Source: Abditibacteriaceae bacterium (GTDB taxonomy: Bacteria > Armatimonadota > Abditibacteriia > Abditibacteriales > Abditibacteriaceae). Taken from it: a stretch of 26,470 nucleotides of DNA. Below the pieces are notes generated by a model. It was not told where the DNA came from and did not search any database. It was given only the letters and a program-made list of their open reading frames with translations. The DNA lies in contig JANMKN010000397.1 in the NCBI GenBank assembly GCA_031372065.1, positions 1 to 26,470 of the forward strand, written 5' to 3'. The translations under genes were made by a program, and so were the position numbers. Below, one piece after another: positions 8,343-21,603 of this stretch (position 1 is its first letter; each line of letters starts with the position of its first letter).

Positions 8343-9211
8343 CAGGCTATCTCCTTGTCGGCGAGGCGCAAATAAAGCGCGCTGAAAACCATTAAAACAC
8401 CGAACGAAACCACGCCCATCGCTTGCGCCGCGCCGGGTTGCGAAAACTTGAACGCGTTTTTGTAAAGGTAAGTTATCAGCGTATCGGTGCCATTGGCCGG
8501 GCCACCTTGCGTCATCACCCAAATCAGCGGAAACGAGTTAAAAACGTAAATGGTATTCAGCACAATGGCAACGTTGATAACGGGCCGCAAGAGCGGAAAA
8601 ATCATGTGGCGAAAGCGTTTCCAGCCGTCGGCACCATCCAGCGAAGCCGCTTCTAAAACATCGCCGCCGATGCCTTGCAAACCAGCCAATAAAGTGACTG
8701 TTGTAAACGGAATACTGGCCCACACGCCGACAAAAATCAGCACTGGCAACGCGGTTTCGGCTTGCGCGAGCCAAACCGGGCCTTCGATACCCAATTTCGC
8801 CAGCACGCCATTTAACGTGCCCAGTTGCCCATCAAAAATAAACTTCCAAAAAAGCGCGCTAATTGGCAGCGGCACGGCCCACGGCAAGAGAAATAATGTG
8901 CGCGCGATTTTACGCCCGTGAAATTCTTCTTGCAACAAAAGCGCGGCGGGCAGCGAAAGTAAAATCGTTAAAGCGACGACGCCAAATGTCCACCCAATGG
9001 TGCGTGGCAGCGCGCCATGCAAAAAATCGGCGTCGCCAAAAATCTTGTGCCAGTTGGCGAAAGTGAAACCGGATTGGCGTCCGGTTAGGGCATTAACCGG
9101 AGAAAACGCATCAAGAATTGTGTTGTAAATCGGATAAACGAAAACCGCCAGCAATAAACACGCGGCAGGCATTAAACACAATAGGGCAAGGCGCGATTCT
9201 TTGTGGCGCAT
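8342..9211 (-). CDS. Carbohydrate ABC transporter permease (MalF-like)
   Basis: LLPWAVP, GTLNGVL, EAA loop LEAASLDGADGWKRF and MTQGGP. Start placed at MRHKES (9211). Confidence 0.95.
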   Translation of the reverse strand: MRHKESRLALLCLMPAACLLLAVFVYPIYNTILDAFSPVNALTGRQSGFTFANWHKIFGDADFLHGALPRTIGWTFGVVALTILLSLPAALLLQEEFHGRKIARTLFLLPWAVPLPISALFWKFIFDGQLGTLNGVLAKLGIEGPVWLAQAETALPVLIFVGVWASIPFTTVTLLAGLQGIGGDVLEAASLDGADGWKRFRHMIFPLLRPVINVAIVLNTIYVFNSFPLIWVMTQGGPANGTDTLITYLYKNAFKFSQPGAAQAMGVVSFGVLMVFSALYLRLADKEIA

Positions 9212-9216
9212 AATGG

Positions 9217-9876
9217 TCAAGGCTGAATAATCGTTTCGCCTTCGCGCGTAGTAACTCCCCATTGCCCAAAAAGGCGTGCATTGACAAGCAAAAACTGCCC
9301 GTTCGACCACAATAAAGCCAGTCCCGGCCCCCAACTTTCGCCCTTGTCGTCCTCTTTCCACACGCGGCACGAATAGGTCGCTTCATCCACGATTTGCGGA
9401 TCAATCAGCCATTCGCCAAAGGCCGCCGAATTAGCCGTCGCGCTGATTTTTAGTTGATCAGCGGCCCATTCGGTTTTCGTTTCGGGACGCGGCGAATTGG
9501 CTAACTTACAAGGCGCTTTGGTGAGCAAGGGATTGATGGTTTCGCTTTTAAACTGCGCGCTATAATTGGGGCTGGCTTGAGCCATTGCTTTGACGTTTTC
9601 AATGCGGCAGTGGCCGGCTTCGCCGGGCATCGCATAGTCGGAATTGTCGGCTTTGAGGCTCATTTTTCCGGCGCGAAAAGCAATGGGTTGACCGCTCAAA
9701 TCGGCGCGGGGAATTTGCTTTAAAACGCGCCACGCGATGCCATTGCCAACCAGTGCCGAAACATTTTCGCGGTCAAATTTAATCGCCAAATAAAAGCCGT
9801 CTTTAACGGGCTGCGCATGGGACGGCGCGACAAAAAAGCACAACAAGAAAAGCGTGAGCGGCCAGTGAAATTTCAT
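9217..9876 (-). CDS. Hypothetical secreted protein inside the ABC operon
   Basis: Signal peptide MKFHWPLTLFLLCFFVAPSHA. It lies 2 nt after the binding-protein stop and 5 nt before the permease start. Confidence 0.75.
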   Translation of the reverse strand: MKFHWPLTLFLLCFFVAPSHAQPVKDGFYLAIKFDRENVSALVGNGIAWRVLKQIPRADLSGQPIAFRAGKMSLKADNSDYAMPGEAGHCRIENVKAMAQASPNYSAQFKSETINPLLTKAPCKLANSPRPETKTEWAADQLKISATANSAAFGEWLIDPQIVDEATYSCRVWKEDDKGESWGPGLALLWSNGQFLLVNARLFGQWGVTTREGETIIQP

Positions 9877-9878
9877 AT

Positions 9879-11159
9879 TTAACCTGCCATCGAATCCATT
9901 TTTTTCGCGGCGCCTTCGAGCGCCGTTTTCGCGTCGTATTTGCCGATAATCGCTTGCTGCACCGCGTCCGAAACGGCGTTGGCTTTTTGTTCCCAGTTCG
10001 GATCAGTCGGCACATAATGGCCTTTGGGCAAGGCATTGATGAAGAAAGCGCGATGGGCATCGCCCGTCATTTCGGGATTCTTGGCAATCGTGCTTTTTTC
10101 GGGAATCATGCCCGATGCTTTGGCCCATGCGATGCGGTTTTTGTCGTTGAACCAAAACGCCAAAAACTTCGAGGCGAGCGCCTTGTTTTTGCCCGATTTA
10201 AACATCACGATTTCATCAGCAACAGCCGGAACAACCGGGGCACTTTTGCCGGGAATAAAAGTGACGCCGAACTTGAGATTGGGCATTTCTTTTTGGAGCA
10301 TCCCCGAAAACCACGGCCCCGTTATCAGCATGGCAATTTTTTGTGCCTTGAACAGTTTTTGCAAATCTTCGCGGTTGTAACCGGTTGGTTGTTTTTGCGT
10401 GTAGCCTTTTTTGATGAGATTTAGCTCATAATTCAAGGCTTCGATGCCTTGCGGCGAAGCGATGGCGGCTTTGCCGTCTTTGAGAATCTCGCCGCCCGCG
10501 CCCCACAAAAAATAATAAAAATACAGGTCGGTTTCGACTTCTTTGCCTTGCACGCCAAACGTGGCCACGCCGGGATTGGCCGCTTGAATTTTCGGCGCGA
10601 TTTTTCCCAAATCGGCCCACGTTTTTGGCAGCGCGACGCCTGCTTTTTTGAGCATCGCTTCGTTGTAATACAAGCCGCGCACGCTGGCCGCGACGGGCAA
10701 ACCGACTTGCGCTGCGCCAATTTTTCCGGTTGCCAAAACGCCGGGCACAAATTCGCTGGTTTTTACATCGGGCGCTGCACTCGAAAAGTCATCTAAGAGG
10801 CCCGCTTTTTCATATTCGGCCATCCAACGCACGCCGACAATGGCTAAATCCGGTGCTTGATTGCCTTGAATCAGCGTTTGCAACTTTTGGTGACCATCGT
10901 TCCAATTGATGATTTCCAATGCCACTTGGCCGTCTTTGCTTTGCGCATTGAAATCGTCCACGACTTTCTGCTGCAATTTCGAAGAATCAGCATCGTAATC
11001 CATAGTGAGCATTTTGATGCTGCCAACCGATGCGGACGGTGCAGGATTCGTGGGCGCGTTCGCCGTGGTGGAATTGTCGGACGAATTGCAGCCAGCGCCA
11101 GCGAGTGCGCCGAGAACCAACACGGCGCAAAAAGAACGGCGAGTCAACGGGAATTTCAT
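9879..11159 (-). CDS. Sugar ABC transporter substrate-binding lipoprotein
   Basis: N-terminal TRRSF plus lipobox-like AGAGC, and family-1 binding-protein motifs APDLA, LYYNEAML, PKTWADL and AMLITGPW. AAGGA SD upstream. Confidence 0.93.
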   Translation of the reverse strand: MKFPLTRRSFCAVLVLGALAGAGCNSSDNSTTANAPTNPAPSASVGSIKMLTMDYDADSSKLQQKVVDDFNAQSKDGQVALEIINWNDGHQKLQTLIQGNQAPDLAIVGVRWMAEYEKAGLLDDFSSAAPDVKTSEFVPGVLATGKIGAAQVGLPVAASVRGLYYNEAMLKKAGVALPKTWADLGKIAPKIQAANPGVATFGVQGKEVETDLYFYYFLWGAGGEILKDGKAAIASPQGIEALNYELNLIKKGYTQKQPTGYNREDLQKLFKAQKIAMLITGPWFSGMLQKEMPNLKFGVTFIPGKSAPVVPAVADEIVMFKSGKNKALASKFLAFWFNDKNRIAWAKASGMIPEKSTIAKNPEMTGDAHRAFFINALPKGHYVPTDPNWEQKANAVSDAVQQAIIGKYDAKTALEGAAKKMDSMAG

Positions 11160-11319
11160 GGTGTTTTCCTTGAGTTGCCTGAGTTTATAGATTTTGGCTT
11201 CAAATTGTTTGACGATGCGCTGTTGAGCGTCAGCAGAAGGTTTGAAGTGTCAAAACCTATTGAACCGATTTCCTATGAAATTCTACCTGTTTTCTTGCTT
11301 GGTTGTAGGAACGCCTTGC

Positions 11320-11577
11320 CGCATAACGTTTTTACTCATGCCCAAAAGCGCCAGTTGGCTGAACATGATTGAAATTGCGTTTTCGGCGCTCTCGCGGCAA
11401 TGCTTGAATCGGCGTATTCCGACAAGGCAACAACTATAGCGCGAAGTGTTGACTTTGGTGCAGGAGCGTGAGGAAAAGACCATCAAAATCAACTGGCAGT
11501 TTTCCATTCAAAAAGCCAGAGTCACCTTCCAAAACCGATATGAAGACCTCCGTGAATATGCAAACTTACTTCGATAA
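11320..11577 (+). pseudogene. IS630-family transposase C-terminal remnant with internal stop
   Basis: Reads RITFLLMPKSASWLNMIEIAFSALSRQCLNRRIP...L*REV...INWQFSIQKAR..., matching the IS630 DDE C-terminus pattern (PKHASWLN.EI.FS.L.RQCL.RRI...INW.F). In-frame TAG at 11437-11439 and no N-terminal part. Confidence 0.85.
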
Positions 11578-11866
11578 CAGACTACTTAATTCCATACCAA
11601 GTGCATATTGTTACAGGCTCCGAGTGTGAAGAATTATTCTTTGTGGTATTCGCTCTGCTTACAGTCTCCTTGTTGATGGCCTGATCCGTAACCAGCCAGC
11701 GAATACTTGGAATTCAAGCCTTAAGAATGGGCGACCTATAAACGAGGATAAAACCCCGAAAAACTGTCTCCGTTCTGTATTTGGCTAACCATCTGGTTGC
11801 CCTGTCTCTGCAAGTGAATAGTCAAAAATAGATCGGAAAGAGTGGAAATGCCGCTAATGACAGCCC

Positions 11867-11895
11867 TTGCACGCCATCGGATGCCATAGTAGAAT
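11867..11895 (+). promoter_or_regulatory. Sigma70-type promoter for the lacI/CAZyme operon
   Basis: TTGCAC (11867-11872), a 17-bp spacer, then TAGAAT (11890-11895). Confidence 0.7.
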
Positions 11896-11909
11896 TCGTC
11901 GCAATTCAA

Positions 11910-11929
11910 TTGCTAACGCGCGTTAGCAA
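11910..11929. promoter_or_regulatory. LacI-family operator (perfect 20-bp palindrome)
   Basis: TTGCTAACGC|GCGTTAGCAA has a central CG and lies just downstream of the predicted start site, 44 nt before the LacI-family gene. Confidence 0.8.
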
Positions 11930-11973
11930 AATGCGGATTTCGTTTCCTCTGCGTTGAAAGAGAAACAGCGATT

Positions 11974-17156
<5,183 letters not shown>

Positions 17157-17200
17157 GGTTTTCCGTGGCGTAAATGGTGTGGCCTCGCCTGTGTTTTACT

Positions 17201-19921
17201 ATGAATCCCATGCAAAACTCCTTCGCTCAAATTCGTCGCGCGCTCTTCAATCTGGCGCTCACTAATGGGCTGATTCTGGCTTTATTTCAGCCATTATCGG
17301 CACAAACCGCCCCTCAAAAGAACTTGGCTGCCGTCGCCGAAACAGCCACTTCCTATGTTTCGGGCGACTGCAATCTGACCGCGCTGAACGAAGGCTACGC
17401 GCCGCGCAATTCCGCCGACAGGCGCAACGAATCCTACGGCAACTGGCCCCGCCGAGGCACGCAGTGGGTGCAATACGAATGGCCGGTGCCTATCGCCACG
17501 CGGCAGGTCGAGGTTTATTGGTGGGTGGATGGGCAAGGCATCGGTTTGCCGAAGTCGTGCCGCCTGCTTTATTGGAACGGCGCCGAATTCGTGCCCGTGG
17601 CGAACCCGGCGGGGTTGGGCGTTGAGCCGAATAAATTCAACGTCACGACCTTCGACGAAGTGAAAGCGAGCAAGCTGCGCCTCGAAATCGAATCCGACGG
17701 GACGCTCTCCACCGGCATTCTCGAATGGCGCGTTTGGGATTCCGGCAATTCGCCGGCGTTGCCTCCGAAGGTTCTGGGTGCCGGCGGCGACCGCGATGTC
17801 GTGTTGGGTGGAAAAACGTTCCTGTCCGGCCAGATTCGCAGCTTCCAGGGCGGCAATGCCAACTTGCAGTGGAGCAAAGAGTCCGGCCCCGGCGATGTCG
17901 CGTTTGCCGACGCGAACTCTAAGGAAACCACGGCCACGTTTTCCCGCGCGGGCGATTACGTGTTGAAGCTCACGGCGCGCGAAGGCACCTTCAGCGATGC
18001 GGCGACATTGAAAGTCAAAGCGGTCGCGGCGCCGCCCAAAGAGCGGCTGAATGTCGTCTACACCACGAAATACAGCATTGACAGCCCGCTGTGGAACAGC
18101 CGCGCCAAGGCGCTCATCGTCAACTGGATTCCGCACTGCGTCGAGCAAATTAATCGCACCGATTTGAAGCAGGGCGAAGGCGGCATTGATAACTTCGTGG
18201 AAGCCGCCAAAGCCTTGCGCGGCGAACCGCACGCTCCGCACAAGGGTTACGTGTTTTCCAACGCCTGGGTGCATCAAACCGTCGAAGCGATGTGCATCGC
18301 GCTCATGGTAGACCCCAAAGGCGACAAGGACATCATCGCCGCGCAGGACAAAATGAAGGCGACGCTGGCGGATTGGATTCCCAAAATCCTCGCCGCACAG
18401 GAGGCGGACGGCTATCTGCAAACCGCCTACACCTTAGCCGACCGCCGGCGTTGGCCAGAACGCTGGTCGCCATCGCATCGCGGCGATCATGAAGGCTACG
18501 TCGCGGGTTATTTCATCGAGTCTGCGATCAACCACTACACGCTCACCAATGGCACCGATTTGCGCCTTTATAATGCGGCCAAAAAATTGGCGGACTGCTG
18601 GGTGGCAAACCTCGGCCCCGGTAAGAAGGAGTGGTTCGACGGCCATCAGGAAATGGAGCAGGCGCTCGTGCGTTTCGGACGTTTCGTCAACGACATGGAA
18701 GGCAAGGGGCGCGGCGATGCCTACACCAAGCTGGCGAAGTTTCTTCTCGACAGTCGGCGCGGCGGCGCGGAATACGACCAGAGCCATGTGCCCGTAACGC
18801 AGCAATACGAAGCCGTGGGCCACGCCGTGCGCGCCACCTACAACTACTCCGGCATGGCCGACGTGGCGGCGGAAACCGGCGACGTGGATTATCAAAGCGC
18901 CGTGCTGTCGCTGTGGGACAACATGGTGAACAAAAAATACTACGTCACCGGCGGCATCGGCAGCGGCGAGACGTCGGAAGGCTTCGGCCCTAACTATTCG
19001 CTGCGCAATGAAGCCTATTGCGAGTCGTGCTCCAGTTGCGGCTTGATTTTCTTTCAATACAAGCTGAACCTCGCCTACCACGACGCGAAATATGCCGACC
19101 TCTACGAGGAAACGATGTATAACGCGCTCCTCGGTTCGTTCGACCTCGATGGCCAAAACTTCACCTACACCAACGAGTTAGTGGGTGGCAGGCGCGGCCC
19201 CTGGCACGTGTGCCCCTGCTGCGTGGGCAACATTCCACGCACGCTGCTAATGATTCCGACGTGGACTTACGTCAAGGGCGATGATGGCCTTTATGTCAAT
19301 ATGTTCATCGGCAGCCGCATCAACGTCGAGAAAGTCGCCGGCACCGATGTGGAGATGGTGCAGCAAACCGACTATCCGTGGAGCGGCAAAATCGCCATCA
19401 CGGTGAATCCAAAGCAATCGAAGACCTTTTCAGTGCGCGTGCGCATTCCGAACCGCAAGACCAGCGAACTTTACACTGCCGCGCCGGAGGTGGCCGGTGT
19501 AAAATCCATCGCCCTCAACGGCAAGCCGGTAACGCCGAAGATCGAAAAAGGCTACGCCGTGTTCACGCGCGAATGGAAGGCGGGCGACCGCATTGATTTG
19601 GAGTTGCCAATGGAGCCGCAGCGCATCACCTCCGCCCCCCAAATCGCGGCCACGCGAGGCCGGGTGGCGCTGCGTTATGGCCCGTTGGTTTACAGCGTAG
19701 AGCGCGCCGATCAGGACAGCATTGCCTCTCCGCTCGGCACCGCGCCTATCACGGCGCAGTGGCGCGGCGACTTGCTGGGTGGCGTGATGGCGCTTACGGG
19801 CACTTGGGCCGATGGCAAAGCGATGCTGGCGATCCCCAACTTTGCGCGTCTCAATCGCACCGCACCGGCGCCGCGAGCCAACGAACCGGCGACAGCGGTT
19901 TGGATGAACAAGCAGCCATAG
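17201..19921 (+). CDS. GH127-family beta-L-arabinofuranosidase-like protein with N-terminal discoidin-like and PKD/Ig-like modules
   Basis: HEGYVAG, VGHAVRA, YVTGGIG, YCESCSS, CPCCVGN (Cys cluster), TDYPWSG, WKAGDRI and ALRYGPLVY. Start uncertain (17174, 17201 or 17210). Confidence 0.88.
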   Translation: MNPMQNSFAQIRRALFNLALTNGLILALFQPLSAQTAPQKNLAAVAETATSYVSGDCNLTALNEGYAPRNSADRRNESYGNWPRRGTQWVQYEWPVPIATRQVEVYWWVDGQGIGLPKSCRLLYWNGAEFVPVANPAGLGVEPNKFNVTTFDEVKASKLRLEIESDGTLSTGILEWRVWDSGNSPALPPKVLGAGGDRDVVLGGKTFLSGQIRSFQGGNANLQWSKESGPGDVAFADANSKETTATFSRAGDYVLKLTAREGTFSDAATLKVKAVAAPPKERLNVVYTTKYSIDSPLWNSRAKALIVNWIPHCVEQINRTDLKQGEGGIDNFVEAAKALRGEPHAPHKGYVFSNAWVHQTVEAMCIALMVDPKGDKDIIAAQDKMKATLADWIPKILAAQEADGYLQTAYTLADRRRWPERWSPSHRGDHEGYVAGYFIESAINHYTLTNGTDLRLYNAAKKLADCWVANLGPGKKEWFDGHQEMEQALVRFGRFVNDMEGKGRGDAYTKLAKFLLDSRRGGAEYDQSHVPVTQQYEAVGHAVRATYNYSGMADVAAETGDVDYQSAVLSLWDNMVNKKYYVTGGIGSGETSEGFGPNYSLRNEAYCESCSSCGLIFFQYKLNLAYHDAKYADLYEETMYNALLGSFDLDGQNFTYTNELVGGRRGPWHVCPCCVGNIPRTLLMIPTWTYVKGDDGLYVNMFIGSRINVEKVAGTDVEMVQQTDYPWSGKIAITVNPKQSKTFSVRVRIPNRKTSELYTAAPEVAGVKSIALNGKPVTPKIEKGYAVFTREWKAGDRIDLELPMEPQRITSAPQIAATRGRVALRYGPLVYSVERADQDSIASPLGTAPITAQWRGDLLGGVMALTGTWADGKAMLAIPNFARLNRTAPAPRANEPATAVWMNKQP

Positions 19922-19939
19922 CGCCAGAGGATCAAGTTC

Positions 19940-21550
19940 ATGAAAACGCCCGTTCAGCCGTCGAGGAAAAAAGCTTTGTCGTATTTGGCGGCAATTGCCA
20001 TGACTACCCTGTTTTCTACGCCAGCGGCCCATGCCCAACAAGCGCGCAACCCCGTTATTCACGCCGATGTGCCCGACATGGCGATGATCCGCGTCGGCGA
20101 CACCTATTACATGAGCAGCACGACCATGCACATGAGTCCCGGCTTGCCGATTATGAAGTCGAAGGATTTGGTGAATTGGGAGTTGGTGAGTTACGCCTAC
20201 GACACTTTGGGCGACAACGATGCGCTGACGCTGCAAAACGGCAAATCGGCTTATGGCGCCGGTTCGTGGGCCAGCAGCCTACGTTATCACGACGGCACAT
20301 TTTACGTCTCGACGTTTTCCAGCACCGTTGGCAAGACGCATATCTACACTACCAAAAACATCGAAAAAGGCCCGTGGAAAGAGACTTCATTTCGGCCCTC
20401 GCTGCACGACCATTCACTGTTTTTCGACGATGACGGGCGCGTTTATATGCTCCACGGTGGCGGCAACCTGCGCCTGACCGAACTGAGCGCCGACCTTTCG
20501 GGCATCAAGCCGGGCGGCTTCGACGGGGTTGTGGTTCCCAACGCCAGCGCGGTGGCCGGCCCCAATGTTGGGCTGAATGCTGAAGGCTCTCAACTGTTGA
20601 AGCACGACGGGAAATATTACCTGTTCAACATCACCTGGCCGCGCGGCGGAATGCGAACCGCGATTGTGCATCGCGCCGACAAAATCACCGGCCCCTATGA
20701 AGGGCGCGTGGCGTTGCAGGACAAAGGCGTGGCGCAGGGTAGCCTCATTGATACGCTGCAGGGCGAGTGGTTCGCCTACCTGTTCCAAGATCACGGCGCG
20801 GTAGGCCGCATTCCGTATTTGGTGCCGGTAAAGTGGGAGGATGGCTGGCCGGTGCTGGGCACCGATGGCAAGGTGCCGGACACGCTGAATCTGCCCGCCA
20901 ATAAAAGCCTGATTCCCGGCATTGTGGCGTCCGATGAATTCACGAGGCGCGAGGGCGAGGCTGCGCTGCCATTGGTCTGGCAGTGGAATCATAATCCCGA
21001 CAACGCCTTTTGGTCGCTCACCCAACGCCCCGGTTTTTTGCGATTGACAACAGGCCGCGTAGACAGCAATTTTCTCGCGGCGCGCAACAGCCTCACGCAG
21101 CGCACCTTCGGGCCGGAATGTTCAGGCGCGGTGGCCATTGATGTGAGCCAAATGAAAGACGGCGATGTCGCAGGCCTTGGCGCTTTGCAAAAGAAATACG
21201 GCTTCGTTGGCGTTAGGAAAGAGGGCGATGCCAAGTTTCTCGTCATGGTCAGCGCCGAATCGAATAATCCGCAGGAATTGCAAAGCGTGCCGCTGAATCA
21301 AGACACGGTTTTCCTGAAAATAGATTGCGATTTCAAAGAGCGCACCGACAAAGCCACTTTCTTTTTCAGCCTCGACGGACAAAAGTGGACGGCCATCGGA
21401 AAGCCGCTGCAAATGGCTTACACCCTGCCTCATTTCATGGGCTACCGCTTTGCCTTATTCAATTACGCCACTAAAAACGCGGGCGGCTTCGTGGATTTCG
21501 ATTACTTTCGTTTGAGTGACAAAATTGCTTCTTCTCCGACTGCGCCATAG
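19940..21550 (+). CDS. GH43 beta-xylosidase/arabinofuranosidase with C-terminal beta-sandwich
   Basis: NPVIHADVPD, SKDLVNW, WASSLRYH, HDHSLFFDDDG, EGSQ, AQG and WQWNHNP. Signal peptide ends AHA-Q. Confidence 0.93.
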   Translation: MKTPVQPSRKKALSYLAAIAMTTLFSTPAAHAQQARNPVIHADVPDMAMIRVGDTYYMSSTTMHMSPGLPIMKSKDLVNWELVSYAYDTLGDNDALTLQNGKSAYGAGSWASSLRYHDGTFYVSTFSSTVGKTHIYTTKNIEKGPWKETSFRPSLHDHSLFFDDDGRVYMLHGGGNLRLTELSADLSGIKPGGFDGVVVPNASAVAGPNVGLNAEGSQLLKHDGKYYLFNITWPRGGMRTAIVHRADKITGPYEGRVALQDKGVAQGSLIDTLQGEWFAYLFQDHGAVGRIPYLVPVKWEDGWPVLGTDGKVPDTLNLPANKSLIPGIVASDEFTRREGEAALPLVWQWNHNPDNAFWSLTQRPGFLRLTTGRVDSNFLAARNSLTQRTFGPECSGAVAIDVSQMKDGDVAGLGALQKKYGFVGVRKEGDAKFLVMVSAESNNPQELQSVPLNQDTVFLKIDCDFKERTDKATFFFSLDGQKWTAIGKPLQMAYTLPHFMGYRFALFNYATKNAGGFVDFDYFRLSDKIASSPTAP

Positions 21551-21603
21551 AGAAAATGCCAGAAATGAGGCGCCGTGAGGTATTGAAGGACAAGGTTCCG
21601 ACT

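Noticed and set aside
8343..9370. Extended N-termini of the two permease ORFs (to 8522 and 9370)
   Set aside because: They overlap upstream genes. Starts at 8342 and 9211 give typical lengths and tight operon spacing.
11437..11439. Programmed readthrough or recoding at the TAG in the IS630 fragment
   Set aside because: The element lacks its whole N-terminal part, and TAG serves as a normal stop for other genes here (19921, 21550, 23319), so simple decay is the better explanation.
11578..11866. ncRNA or small ORF in the AT-richer spacer
   Set aside because: Only ~30-55 codon frames without starts are present, and I could not support any structure by eye.
17294..20236. Long antisense ORFs (375, 240 and 268 aa) over GH127/GH43
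   Set aside because: These are typical antisense shadows of GC-rich coding sequence and show no protein motifs.
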